From a virus, in UHGV virus genome UHGV-1368299: DNA of 50,382 bases. One strand, given 5' to 3'. The stretch's first letter is position 1, and the number at the start of each line of letters is the position of its first letter. The notes beneath the pieces are model-generated. The model saw only the letters and a program-made list of their open reading frames with translations, did no database searches and was not told the DNA's origin. Below, one piece after another: positions 39,968-48,750 of this stretch. The position numbers and the translations under genes are program-made.

Positions 39968-41569
39968 TCAGCGACCCAGCTTTTTCAATCCCGCAAGGCG
40001 TTTCATTCGCTCCACCGGATCATCGCTTAGGTTCATTTCCAGGTTTGCGGCGTCAAACACGTTGTCGCAAATGTCATCGTGTGGATGAGAATCGTCATAT
40101 GTAAACGCGCTCATCTCTGCCTCAAGCTCCGCAACGAACGGATGATTGTCCGGCAGCACGACACGCCCGCCTTTGATGATTGGTTGCGCATCCATAGCGC
40201 GAGTGACTTTATCTTTATCGCGCTGCACCGGGACGATCTCGCCCATGCCGTTTACCGCCTTCGTTAAATCCTGGATTAGACCAGTACCGCTCGCTTTGTC
40301 TTCGATGTAGATCCGGCGAAGGTTTCCGCACTCCTTGTTCCGACGCCAGCACTGCTTGATGAATGCTTCGGCCTGCACGCGGAGATCTGGCGCTTCCCAC
40401 TTGCCGCGAATACCGTCAATGAAGTAGACGCGATCCCGGTACTTGCCCCAATAGCACATTACGGAGTAGTCGTTTAGCTCCTTGACCTTCTGCGCGGTGT
40501 CCGCAGTGATGAACGTATATTCGAACTTGTCCGGGCGCGGCTCGTGCGCCTTGTCGGAATCGCCGTAATAGCGCCACCACTCCGACTTGAACACGTTACC
40601 ACCCAGGGCGATTGGCTCCTGCTGATACTGCGAAAGGAACGTATAAAGATCGGCTTCGCGTAGCGCAACCAGGTTCTCGATCGATTCGTTCCCCTCCCAA
40701 AATGACCAGTATTCCACGCCGTCAATGACCACCGACGGGCCAGAAAGCACATCGCGTTCGAACTCAGGTCTCAACCAGTCAGGGAGCGATTCGCCGTATT
40801 CCCTCGTTACCATCGCCGGAATAACAATGCGATCGAAGTCGATGGCCATCCCTCCGCTCATCATGAACCAGGTGGCATCCTGCGCGTGCAATCGCTGCTG
40901 CACGGAAAGGATTGGCGTTTCGTCGCCCTTCTTCTTCTTCGCTCGACGGGATCGAATGGTGTTTTTCAGTAGTACGTGGTTTTTCTCACGCTTCACCTTC
41001 GAGAACATGTCATCGGGTTTGTCGATATCATCCAGCGCGATAAGGCCGCTAAACCCTGGCGTCATGTACCCGCCACGCTTACCGACGATCTGACCGCCAG
41101 ACGAACGGGAGACCATTTCCAGCCTTACGCGGTCGTTATCGTCCATGACCTGAAATTCATCGATCTGCTTGCGCCCGAACTTTGATGGCCATAGCTCCTG
41201 CCACTCGCTTGATGAGAAGATCTTAATCACGCGATCCGAGTTTCCTTTTGACAGTGCGTCACCCTGCGAGATCTGAAGGTTTCGAACCTTCCGGCATTTA
41301 AGATACGCATACGGCGCGAGGTGGATTGAAAACACCTCAGTCTTCGTGGAGCCTGGCGCAACGTTAACGATCGTGCTCTTGCGCTTCCCGGCGATAATTT
41401 CATCAACCGTGTGGCAAAAGTAGGAGTGATGCCAGTTCCACATTAGCTTTTCTCCCTGGATGATCTGGAACCAGATCTTCAGGAATAGCGAAAAGTTGCG
41501 CGTACTCAGCGCCTTAATTGCCAGCTTATCTGCTGGCGACAGGTCTTCCCAAATGATCATTTCGTTCAT
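39968..41569 (-). CDS. terminase large subunit
   Basis: 533 aa; ATPase N-half and nuclease C-half (conserved acidic residues); adjacent small subunit gene. Confidence 0.9.
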   Translation of the reverse strand: MNEMIIWEDLSPADKLAIKALSTRNFSLFLKIWFQIIQGEKLMWNWHHSYFCHTVDEIIAGKRKSTIVNVAPGSTKTEVFSIHLAPYAYLKCRKVRNLQISQGDALSKGNSDRVIKIFSSSEWQELWPSKFGRKQIDEFQVMDDNDRVRLEMVSRSSGGQIVGKRGGYMTPGFSGLIALDDIDKPDDMFSKVKREKNHVLLKNTIRSRRAKKKKGDETPILSVQQRLHAQDATWFMMSGGMAIDFDRIVIPAMVTREYGESLPDWLRPEFERDVLSGPSVVIDGVEYWSFWEGNESIENLVALREADLYTFLSQYQQEPIALGGNVFKSEWWRYYGDSDKAHEPRPDKFEYTFITADTAQKVKELNDYSVMCYWGKYRDRVYFIDGIRGKWEAPDLRVQAEAFIKQCWRRNKECGNLRRIYIEDKASGTGLIQDLTKAVNGMGEIVPVQRDKDKVTRAMDAQPIIKGGRVVLPDNHPFVAELEAEMSAFTYDDSHPHDDICDNVFDAANLEMNLSDDPVERMKRLAGLKKLGR

Positions 41570-41578
41570 ATCTGACCC

Positions 41579-42103
41579 TTACAGCTTATCAAGAATATTG
41601 GTCACTGCCTTCTCTAACTTCTCTTCGGTGATCTCGTTCTTATCCCCGGCGATAGCGTCGATGTTCAGCACTGGCGGCTTATCGATCCCCATCTCTTTAC
41701 CGACGAAAGAAGCGTTAATCATGCCGACGGCAGCAAGCTGAAATTTCTGCTCATAAATCACGGAGTCGATGAACTCCATGACGGGAGCATAGTTGGGATC
41801 GTGACGGTAGCGCCCAAGCGTTGACTGGTTCACGCCGCAAAACAGGCTTAACCCTGTGATCGTAAAAATGCGAGGCTTGCTCACTCCCCACTCGTTAACG
41901 TCGCCCTGAAACGTTGCCGTTTCCGCAGCCTTGATTGCGTTATCTTCGGCCCACTGGAAGTAACGCTTTGCGATATCAAAAAATTGTTCCGGCGTCATCT
42001 CTGCCGTGCGCCCTAGTACCACGCCGAACTCCTTTTCATATAGCGCTTTAAAGTTGCCTGCAAAGTGCGATTTCGTTACGCGTTTTCTACGTTCTTCAGA
42101 CAT
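41579..42103 (-). CDS. terminase small subunit candidate
   Basis: 174 aa, basic N-terminus, immediately upstream of TerL; AGGAGG SD. Confidence 0.65.
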   Translation of the reverse strand: MSEERRKRVTKSHFAGNFKALYEKEFGVVLGRTAEMTPEQFFDIAKRYFQWAEDNAIKAAETATFQGDVNEWGVSKPRIFTITGLSLFCGVNQSTLGRYRHDPNYAPVMEFIDSVIYEQKFQLAAVGMINASFVGKEMGIDKPPVLNIDAIAGDKNEITEEKLEKAVTNILDKL

Positions 42104-42142
42104 TTTGTACCCTCCTTCTATGTTGATTTGCGAGTATATCAG

Positions 42143-42170
42143 ATCGCGGGCATAAAAAAACCCGCCGAAG
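42143..42170 (-). terminator. strong terminator AACCCGCttcgGCGGGTT + T7 ending the early (right-arm) operon
   Basis: 7-bp GC stem, T7. Confidence 0.7.
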
Positions 42171-42182
42171 CGGGTTCTTTTG

Positions 42183-42446
42183 TCATATCAGTTTGTTTCG
42201 CCGATTCAGCGTCTTCTGGAGTTTCACGAAAGGCTCGCAGTCAGCATACGGAAGCGGCGAAAAAGCAATTCGCTTTGCGATACCATCCGGATCGCCAATT
42301 TTTTCCCAACGTGCCGTTTTCTTGTTGTACATCATGGCAGCAAACGTGCCTTCATGTACCCGCTTTGAAAGTCGCTCGACAAGGTGAGCCGCGCCAACAT
42401 GATAGCCTATGAACAGCATTAACAAAGCAATAATAAGAGTTAACAT
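42183..42446 (-). CDS. small membrane protein (87 aa, N-terminal TM helix)
   Basis: AAGGGAAG SD. Confidence 0.5.
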   Translation of the reverse strand: MLTLIIALLMLFIGYHVGAAHLVERLSKRVHEGTFAAMMYNKKTARWEKIGDPDGIAKRIAFSPLPYADCEPFVKLQKTLNRRNKLI

Positions 42447-42637
42447 TGATTGACTTCCCTTATGTAGTTGATATTGATTTTGTGCGTATCCAGATTTACG
42501 CCGGATTGCTTTTTTGCTTTCTCCACCGCGTCGGCGGTATCGTTCGCTTCAATCGTCACACTGAACTCTTGAATGCAGGACTTGCAAAAGCCGCCCATTT
42601 TCCTTGCTGTGAGTATGACCTTGTACTGCATCATCAC
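42440..42637 (-). CDS. hypothetical protein (65 aa)
   Basis: AAGGGGTG SD; preceded by internal terminator. Confidence 0.5.
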   Translation of the reverse strand: MMMQYKVILTARKMGGFCKSCIQEFSVTIEANDTADAVEKAKKQSGVNLDTHKININYIREVNQC

Positions 42638-42640
42638 CCC

Positions 42641-42664
42641 TTAATAAAAGCCCCTAAGCGGGGC
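42641..42664 (-). terminator. terminator GCCCCgcttaGGGGC + TTTTATT inside early operon
   Basis: 5-bp GC stem + U-rich. Confidence 0.45.
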
Positions 42665-42762
42665 GAGACTTGCGGATGCTTACCGCCTCTTGTGTCTACG
42701 CTTTTAACGATACCCGGTCAGCGTGAATGCGTCAATAGGCGGTTGATTCGTTCGCTTACTTT

Positions 42763-42996
42763 TTACTCATACTCGCCATCACGGCGACCGAAACGGCCTT
42801 CGAGATAGCCAGCCAGCCAGATAAACTGACCGCGAGTTAACAGCGTGTTGACTTCGGCCCAATGCTTATCGATCATCTGGGCTGCAACCTGATCGTAAGT
42901 CTTTTTGTCTTTCCGTATGGCGTCTTTTGTTTCCGCCGTCATTCGTTTCGCTACGCGCTTCACAGCGTTGTACTGCGCCTCATTCAGTCCGAACAT
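42763..42996 (-). CDS. hypothetical protein (77 aa)
   Basis: TAAATG coupling with upstream gene. Confidence 0.5.
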   Translation of the reverse strand: MFGLNEAQYNAVKRVAKRMTAETKDAIRKDKKTYDQVAAQMIDKHWAEVNTLLTRGQFIWLAGYLEGRFGRRDGEYE

Positions 42997-43221
42997 TTAA
43001 GCCTTCTCCCATTCGACCCAGGTTCCTCGAGCAATGAAGATCTCGACACGCAGAGGGGCGTTGAAATTTTTGTAGATGAAGATGAAACCTTTTTTGCTAT
43101 CGGTTTCGACCTGTGTAACCGGGAAGGCCAGCGGAGTAATCGTATCGACCGACTCACTCATCTGGATACCAGTTACCGTTGCGCCAATCGGCATATCTTC
43201 GACTTTTGAGAACTCAGACAT
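42997..43221 (-). CDS. hypothetical protein (74 aa)
   Basis: AAGGTG SD. Confidence 0.5.
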   Translation of the reverse strand: MSEFSKVEDMPIGATVTGIQMSESVDTITPLAFPVTQVETDSKKGFIFIYKNFNAPLRVEIFIARGTWVEWEKA

Positions 43222-43290
43222 AGAATCACCTTAGTAAAATTTGCGCCCGCCAGAATCACTTACAGGCGCTTTAAATGGTATACGAATTCG

Positions 43291-43866
43291 TTAATTTTTC
43301 AAGTGGTGGCACGGCTCGCCATCTTTGACGATTCCCCACTGGCGGCGTTTGTTCCGCTCCAGCTTTTCCGCCACCGCCATTGCCAACTGCTCATCGGTGA
43401 TTCCTGCGCGGCGGGTTGCGTCCCACACCAGCATGATGATATCGGCGAACTCGCTAATGTCATCCGGCGCTTCGGCGGCCTCAATCGCCTCTTTCGCCAG
43501 GTGTTTGAGCGGCCCTACTGGCCCAATGTTGCCAAACTGGCGATCCGACCATTCCGCGTGCTGCGCTCGAATACTGGTGAACGGATCTGTATTCACTTCC
43601 GGCTCCGCCCGCAGGCATTGAAAGTCGCTCCGCGTCTTCGGGTTGTGCTGCATCTCACGCAGGCTCGCTAACGCGCCGTTGATATCCATGCCTTCCGGCC
43701 AGTTCACCTTGAACGCTTCAGGCTTGCGGATATACTCGACAAGATCACCACCAAGAACGGTTTGCTGCATAATCGCCTGCTCTTTGGTGTCGCAGATGAG
43801 GCGGCGCGACTTGCGCCCCTCGTTGGTTCCAATGGTGTAAGTCAGTACCCAAATTTTGTTGCTCAT
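43291..43866 (-). CDS. MazG-like nucleotide pyrophosphohydrolase candidate (191 aa; start moved to ATG 43866)
   Basis: C-terminal KHLAKEAIEAAEAPDD...EFADIIMLVWDATRRAG resembles MazG EExxE/D helix pair; weak. Confidence 0.45.
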   Translation of the reverse strand: MSNKIWVLTYTIGTNEGRKSRRLICDTKEQAIMQQTVLGGDLVEYIRKPEAFKVNWPEGMDINGALASLREMQHNPKTRSDFQCLRAEPEVNTDPFTSIRAQHAEWSDRQFGNIGPVGPLKHLAKEAIEAAEAPDDISEFADIIMLVWDATRRAGITDEQLAMAVAEKLERNKRRQWGIVKDGEPCHHLKN

Positions 43867-44075
43867 TCTTCCACAACCTCGCATTCGTCTGCGCTTACGC
43901 TGATATTGTCACCAGACTGGATAAACTCGCTATTGCGCGGAGCGATCACACAGTAGGAGCCGTCGTTGAAGTGGCCGTCGACCTCAAGAACTTCGCCGAT
44001 TTTGAGGCCGCATTCTTCCAGGGTAATTGAGCCGTCGCCGTTAAGAGTGTCTATTTTGGTGATTTTGATTTTCAT
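43863..44075 (-). CDS. hypothetical acidic protein (70 aa)
   Basis: GGAG SD; follows cassette copy. Confidence 0.5.
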   Translation of the reverse strand: MKIKITKIDTLNGDGSITLEECGLKIGEVLEVDGHFNDGSYCVIAPRNSEFIQSGDNISVSADECEVVEE

Positions 44076-44093
44076 TGCTGTAACTCCGTTTCG

Positions 44094-44151
44094 TTTCGAT
44101 GGGGTAACTATACCAGTTTACCCCTGATCGGTTTTAGCAATTCGTGCTATT
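44094..44151 (-). promoter_or_regulatory. intergenic cassette copy 5 (CGATGGGGTAAC...TTTACCCC hairpin, loop-side GATC, TTTTAGCAATTCGTGCTATT)
   Basis: Full module. Confidence 0.6.
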
Positions 44152-44186
44152 TGGCAGGCAATCCATTTTGGCACCCAAAAGCCATC

Positions 44187-44378
44187 TCACCACTTAAAAT
44201 TGCGGGAAATGATCACGCTGCCAACGGCGGAAAGTGTAATCCAGGGCCAGCAAAGCACAGGATAAAGATCTTCTTTGTCGGTAGAATCCGCAGATTTCAG
44301 GAAGGCCCGCATGAGGAAGCAGCCGCACGCATACAGGGCCAGAATAAGAACCACCAGGGCAATAATTGCGTAAATCAT
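44187..44378 (-). CDS. small membrane protein (63 aa; start moved to ATG 44378)
   Basis: AAGGAAAAAC SD; single TM. Confidence 0.5.
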   Translation of the reverse strand: MIYAIIALVVLILALYACGCFLMRAFLKSADSTDKEDLYPVLCWPWITLSAVGSVIISRNFKW

Positions 44379-44400
44379 GATGTTTTTCCTTGTCTTTGGT

Positions 44401-44449
44401 GGGGTGGCCATGCAGCAACCCCGGTTAGTGTTTGTGGTTCGTGCTATTG
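44401..44449 (-). promoter_or_regulatory. partial cassette copy 6 (GGGGTGGCCatgcaGCAACCCC hairpin + ...GTGCTATT right half only)
   Basis: Right half-site and hairpin conserved; left half degenerate. Confidence 0.4.
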
Positions 44450-45067
44450 CTGGAGCTTTGCGAAAGCGTCGGCCATCATGCGCAAAACTCGCGCGTGATC
44501 TTCAACGTCATAGCCAGGTTCGGTGCGCATGATTTCCCGAACCTTCTCGATCGTGGCGATAGCCGCCTGAAGTTCACCAGTCAGGAACGCAACCTGCTTT
44601 TCAAGCTCCGCGATTCGTGAGAATGGTTCGCGCATAAATGATTCGCACGAGGCATCACTAAGCGCCCAGCCGATCCCGGCGCGAATGACGGCGGTTAACA
44701 GCGGGTCGTCGTCTTTGGCGAAGTTGTCGGACGGGATCAGGTCAACGATGCAGGCCCGGTTAATGATTCCGTCTCCGATGGTTGCAGCGCGAATGGCGAT
44801 AGAACGGCTGTCATCGTAGGTTAACGAGTCGCGCTTACTGCAATCTTCGACCGGGTACTCAATATCGAAGTGATGGCCGCCAAGGTGGTGAGACGATCTT
44901 GTATGCACCGTATACACGCGCCCTTTGTCGTCTCTGACCTTGTAAAGCAGATCACCAGAATAGTTGGTGAGGGCGACTGCTGGGTATCGCTTCCCTTTTG
45001 TGAATTTTGCGAAAACATTTACCGGTGAGTCGACTGACGGGATCAGGGTAATTTTCTGACTTTTCAT
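44444..45067 (-). CDS. hypothetical protein (207 aa; C-terminal coiled coil)
   Basis: AAGGAAC SD at internal Met. Confidence 0.55.
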   Translation of the reverse strand: MKSQKITLIPSVDSPVNVFAKFTKGKRYPAVALTNYSGDLLYKVRDDKGRVYTVHTRSSHHLGGHHFDIEYPVEDCSKRDSLTYDDSRSIAIRAATIGDGIINRACIVDLIPSDNFAKDDDPLLTAVIRAGIGWALSDASCESFMREPFSRIAELEKQVAFLTGELQAAIATIEKVREIMRTEPGYDVEDHARVLRMMADAFAKLQQ

Positions 45068-45091
45068 TTGTGAGTTCCTTTGTTCGTTAGT

Positions 45092-45143
45092 GTGGGGATA
45101 GTATGCACCATCCCCGGACGTTCGTTTTAGCAATTCGTGCTAT
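45092..45143 (-). promoter_or_regulatory. cassette copy 7 (GGGGATagtatgcaccATCCCC + TTTTAGCAATTCGTGCTATC)
   Basis: Full module. Confidence 0.6.
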
Positions 45144-45631
45144 CAAAGGGCGTCTAATTCCGCCTCAATGAATTCGTACCATTCGTCGCCGTTAACTGGA
45201 TCGTGTTCAGTTCCATGAAGCCAGTCCGTATGCACGGAACAGAATTCACCTGACCTGTTGAAATAATAGTCGGCCCAGGCTCGCGCCCAATCGCCGACGC
45301 CAGCGAACGTGCCGAACTTGCGGATGTATGCGTCGGTGTAACCGCGCTCCTTCGCAATGCGCTTCAGTGCGCGAACCAGCAACTTGCGCTGCGATGCCTT
45401 CGATACTTTCCGCAGGTGGAAAAGCGCGTTTTCCGGCTCGCCACCAACACGGATGGTCAAATCTTCGTCAGTGTCCAGCGGGTTGACGATGAATTCGTTC
45501 AGGTATCCGCCCTTGATTACGTGTACCGTGCCTAGTGGTTCGCGCACCTCGACGGCATCGAATACGCAGCCGATAAGGTGGCGTTCACGCTCGCGTGCTA
45601 CATTGACAACCATAAGTTTGATGGTGTTCAT
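45143..45631 (-). CDS. hypothetical protein (162 aa)
   Basis: TAATG coupling. Confidence 0.55.
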   Translation of the reverse strand: MNTIKLMVVNVARERERHLIGCVFDAVEVREPLGTVHVIKGGYLNEFIVNPLDTDEDLTIRVGGEPENALFHLRKVSKASQRKLLVRALKRIAKERGYTDAYIRKFGTFAGVGDWARAWADYYFNRSGEFCSVHTDWLHGTEHDPVNGDEWYEFIEAELDAL

Positions 45632-45849
45632 TAGCGGATCTCCTTCACCTGGTGGGATTCAAGAAGGTTGGTTACTTCACGGATGCCGCAGTCTTCGAAT
45701 TCCTCTTCGGCCCCTGCCGCAATCCTTAATCTGGTGAACCCGGCGTCATCGTCGATTGCGACTTCAATAACCTGCTCGCTCGAAAGCTCAATGTATGCGC
45801 AGCCGTAGGAATTCAGTTCTTCCAGCAGTGCGATTAAATTATCGTTCAT
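45631..45849 (-). CDS. acidic hypothetical protein (72 aa; start moved to ATG 45849)
   Basis: AGGAG SD. Confidence 0.5.
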   Translation of the reverse strand: MNDNLIALLEELNSYGCAYIELSSEQVIEVAIDDDAGFTRLRIAAGAEEEFEDCGIREVTNLLESHQVKEIR

Positions 45850-45877
45850 TGCGTTGCTCCTGATTGGATTGTTCACT

Positions 45878-45933
45878 TCAGTAACGCCACTTTATCAAAT
45901 GACGTTACGGCAGTTTTAACAAAAAGTGCTATT
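45878..45933 (-). promoter_or_regulatory. cassette copy 8 (CGTAACGccactttatcaaatgaCGTTACG + TTTTAACAAAAAGTGCTATT)
   Basis: Full module with divergent hairpin sequence. Confidence 0.55.
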
Positions 45934-46114
45934 CTTTTTCGCCGCTGAACGCTGCCCGATACCCACGGCGGAATCCGTTAATCTCAGACAGGCGGCATAC
46001 CCCAATGATGATGCAAATCATGCCGATCGCCTGCCAGCCTACGTGGTCATGCAGTACCAGGCCGCCCAGGAAGAAGGCCCAATACAGCGCGAGTTTCTTT
46101 TTGCTTACTTTCAT
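45929..46114 (-). CDS. small membrane protein (61 aa)
   Basis: GAGGTG SD; hydrophobic. Confidence 0.5.
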   Translation of the reverse strand: MKVSKKKLALYWAFFLGGLVLHDHVGWQAIGMICIIIGVCRLSEINGFRRGYRAAFSGEKE

Positions 46115-46359
46115 ACTTTCACCTCAAATAGAACATTGTTTTCGTAAGGGCGATTGGCGTACATCGCGATCTTTTCGTCCGGCATCCGGCATGCCAACCA
46201 GAATTCTCCCTCTTCCGTGGTTCCCTGGTCATCCTGCAAAATCCATACTTCATCAAGGCCGCGGCCGAATCTGGCGTTATACTCCTTGCCGACGGTGAAG
46301 AATGGAGCCATCGGAGCGTAGCTCGCATGAGTGCAAATTACGGTTACGGTTTCCATCAC
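46111..46359 (-). CDS. hypothetical protein (82 aa)
   Basis: GTG/ATG start after upstream stop. Confidence 0.45.
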   Translation of the reverse strand: MMETVTVICTHASYAPMAPFFTVGKEYNARFGRGLDEVWILQDDQGTTEEGEFWLACRMPDEKIAMYANRPYENNVLFEVKV

Positions 46360-46367
46360 ATCTGGCC

Positions 46368-46736
46368 TTACAGTTTGTTGGCGAAGATGTGCCAGACGTG
46401 GCTTTTCGGCGTGCTCTTCATTAGTTTGTGAGCCTTGCGGGCCATGCGCTTATAGTCGCGCGAGGTCAGCTTAACAGGATCGGCAACGAACGATTCGACC
46501 ACCAGCCCTTCGCAGAGGTATTCCGGCGACCACTCCATGAACTCCTTTTCAGGCTGGAAGCGGACAAGGCGGTAGAGGAATTTAGAATCGTACAAGACCT
46601 CTCCGCGTTCGCCGTAGTAGAGCGCCCCACGCATTTTTCCATCATTGCCAACGTGCAAAAGGTGAATGCGGCTTTTCTTGCCTTCGAAGTTGGTTCCGAC
46701 GATGGCGACAACTGCGTTTTTGACGATCTGTTTCAT
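46368..46736 (-). CDS. hypothetical protein (122 aa)
   Basis: GGAG SD. Confidence 0.55.
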   Translation of the reverse strand: MKQIVKNAVVAIVGTNFEGKKSRIHLLHVGNDGKMRGALYYGERGEVLYDSKFLYRLVRFQPEKEFMEWSPEYLCEGLVVESFVADPVKLTSRDYKRMARKAHKLMKSTPKSHVWHIFANKL

Positions 46737-46760
46737 TGTGAATCTCCGTTGTTTGGTGTA

Positions 46761-46810
46761 TGGCCATTATGCCCGATCCTCTGACCGGGCGTTTAGCAAA
46801 AAGTGCTATT
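46761..46810 (-). promoter_or_regulatory. cassette copy 9 (GCCCGATCctctGACCGGGC hairpin with GATC + TTTAGCAAAAAGTGCTATT)
   Basis: Full module; hairpin has G-U pair only in minus-strand RNA. Confidence 0.6.
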
Positions 46811-47007
46811 CAGAAACCGAACGCCTCACGCTCCAGGCTGGCCAGCGACGGAAAGCTGAATTTTGTTACATGTAGTGAGCCGCCCACATAGCCGGAAATG
46901 CTGATATTGTTGAACTCAACCTCAACACTGATAATCTTCATTTTCTTGCTGAAGGCGTACATTGCAAGCGCACGGTGCGCCCGCGCAAGGAATTCGAATT
47001 GGTTCAT
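46810..47007 (-). CDS. hypothetical protein (65 aa)
   Basis: ATGA coupling. Confidence 0.45.
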   Translation of the reverse strand: MNQFEFLARAHRALAMYAFSKKMKIISVEVEFNNISISGYVGGSLHVTKFSFPSLASLEREAFGF

Positions 47008-47258
47008 TTAAAGATCGCCCCTTTGATTTTGTTCCAGAAAGCGAAAGGTACGCGCTTTGGCTTCAACTCCACCACGTCGTGATCGTAGAAGCCCAAGAGT
47101 AAGCCGCATTTCTTCGGTGGGACGTCCCCAATCACATCCCCCATGAAAAACCAGCTATCGCCATCCTTAAAGTAGACGCCTACGCACGCACCAGGTGCGG
47201 CATGGGTAGCAGTGTCCGGCAGGTTGTAGGTCTTGCCGCGAGATTCAAATTGTTGCAT
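47004..47258 (-). CDS. hypothetical protein (84 aa; start moved to ATG 47258)
   Basis: AAGGAGA SD. Confidence 0.5.
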   Translation of the reverse strand: MQQFESRGKTYNLPDTATHAAPGACVGVYFKDGDSWFFMGDVIGDVPPKKCGLLLGFYDHDVVELKPKRVPFAFWNKIKGAIFK

Positions 47259-47300
47259 TCTTCTGTCTCCTTGCATAATCGGTTTGTTAATAGACTTCGT

Positions 47301-47349
47301 GATTATTATGCCCGATCCCCTTACCGGGCGTTTAGCAATTCGTGCTATT
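47301..47349 (-). promoter_or_regulatory. cassette copy 10 (GCCCGATCcccttACCGGGC + TTTAGCAATTCGTGCTATT)
   Basis: Full module. Confidence 0.6.
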
Positions 47350-47665
47350 TCAGGCCGCGAAGGTCAATCTTCGATTTTGCCCAATCAGGGAAGCGAGCCA
47401 TTTCGCCCACCTGAACCATTTTGTTTACGCCATGCCCCTTATCCACCCATGAATCAGGCGAGTAGCTCAGTAGGCGAACATTTTCAACGGTCGACTCATA
47501 GGCCCAAATTGAGCCGTCGGCATCAATGGCAACCGTGTTGGCCCAAACTGGCACGTCAAGCGACTGCATATCGAACGTGCCAGGGATGTTAAACTGGAAG
47601 GCTACAACGTGGCGCTGCGTAATGGTCGCAACTACTCGCTCGCCGGATTTAACTTCGTGAATCAT
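47345..47665 (-). CDS. hypothetical protein (106 aa; start moved to ATG 47665)
   Basis: AAGGAG SD. Confidence 0.55.
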   Translation of the reverse strand: MIHEVKSGERVVATITQRHVVAFQFNIPGTFDMQSLDVPVWANTVAIDADGSIWAYESTVENVRLLSYSPDSWVDKGHGVNKMVQVGEMARFPDWAKSKIDLRGLK

Positions 47666-47675
47666 TGCGTTCTCC

Positions 47676-47888
47676 TTACAGAAACATTCCGGCCAGGCGC
47701 AGGCGGTTGATGATATCGTCACGCTTGACGCGGAGGCCGTCATAGTAGTCTTCGAGTTGGGGATCCCATGACGGCAGTTCAAGCATTGCTTTCATCTCAT
47801 CGCAGGCTACTTTAAGCGCGTTGAAGTTATGCTCGACGGCGCGACGGTGGGCTGCTGCGTTCAGTTCGTTGTTGTGGTTGCCAATCAT
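47676..47888 (-). CDS. hypothetical protein (70 aa; start moved to ATG 47888)
   Basis: AGAGGAG SD. Confidence 0.5.
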   Translation of the reverse strand: MIGNHNNELNAAAHRRAVEHNFNALKVACDEMKAMLELPSWDPQLEDYYDGLRVKRDDIINRLRLAGMFL

Positions 47889-47903
47889 GTTTTTTGCTCC
47901 TCT

Positions 47904-47962
47904 GTTTCGATGGGGTAATAATAACGCATTGCCCCGATCGAGTTTTAGCAAAAAGTGCTATT
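47904..47962 (-). promoter_or_regulatory. cassette copy 11 (TTTCGATGGGGTAATAATAACGCATTGCCCCGATCGAG + TTTTAGCAAAAAGTGCTATT)
   Basis: Full module; TCGATGGGG / CCCCGATCGA imperfect inverted repeat. Confidence 0.6.
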
Positions 47963-48146
47963 CCGCCAAAATCTCAAAGTCACGATCGTCGCTTTCGATA
48001 AACCACGGCTCACCTTCATCGTCGTGAGTCAGATAGCCGAACTTAAAGCTGTACGAATCAACGTCATAAACCTTGCCGATGGTGAACGCCTTCGCTGTGT
48101 CCTCGTTGTTGTCATTTCCAGTGAATCGAAGTCTTACAGTTTGCAT
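47958..48146 (-). CDS. hypothetical acidic protein (62 aa)
   Basis: AAGGAG SD. Confidence 0.55.
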   Translation of the reverse strand: MQTVRLRFTGNDNNEDTAKAFTIGKVYDVDSYSFKFGYLTHDDEGEPWFIESDDRDFEILAE

Positions 48147-48361
48147 TTATTGAACTCCTTAATCTGGTTCCCGCCGGAATGGTCTTCAATATCCACTCGG
48201 TCGCAGGTCACGTAAAAGCCGCGAATGACGGTGAAGCGCCACTTTCCTAACCAGTGGAAGTATACGCCGTGCTCGCTACCCTGTACGGCTTTGGTTGATG
48301 AGTATGGGATCGGCATCCCGGCGAAGGTGCGAAGTTTTGTTGTTGCTGAAAATCGTGGCAT
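48134..48361 (-). CDS. hypothetical protein (75 aa; start moved to ATG 48361)
   Basis: AGGAGG SD; preferred over overlapping low-complexity ORF 48247..48450. Confidence 0.45.
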   Translation of the reverse strand: MPRFSATTKLRTFAGMPIPYSSTKAVQGSEHGVYFHWLGKWRFTVIRGFYVTCDRVDIEDHSGGNQIKEFNKCKL

Positions 48362-48555
48362 TGCCAATCCTCCTGGCGTGAGCCGTGTTTACTGTGGGGA
48401 CATTGCGCCACCTTAGCGGCGCTATTGTGATTATTTGCCCTGGCGTGCAAGGTAGCGCTCTTTGAGCTTCTGCCAGTGCCAGCGCATGACGTGTTCGTTA
48501 TGGTAATTGCTCGTTGAATATGGATTCTTCTTGCTCATCTTCATATCCAGGTTGC

Positions 48556-48723
48556 TTAAAGAATTTCAACTGCTAATTCAGCGGCAATAAAATTGCCTTT
48601 TTTTATAAGGCTTTCGCGGAAGAACTCTGCCTTACTTTTCGTGAAACCAAAGCGATTCGCAAAAACCAACCAGTGTTTAACGCCTTTCGAATCGAAATAA
48701 CTTACGCCAAATTCTTTTTTCAT
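48556..48723 (-). CDS. hypothetical protein (55 aa; start moved to ATG 48723)
   Basis: GAGGAG SD. Confidence 0.45.
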   Translation of the reverse strand: MKKEFGVSYFDSKGVKHWLVFANRFGFTKSKAEFFRESLIKKGNFIAAELAVEIL

Positions 48724-48750
48724 TGCCTTACTCCTCATCACATCGTTTCG

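Noticed and set aside
48247-48450. 67-aa ORF MHARANNHNSAAKVAQ...
   Set aside because: His/Gln/Ser low-complexity product. The overlapping frame 48134..48361 has an AGGAGG SD and protein-like composition.
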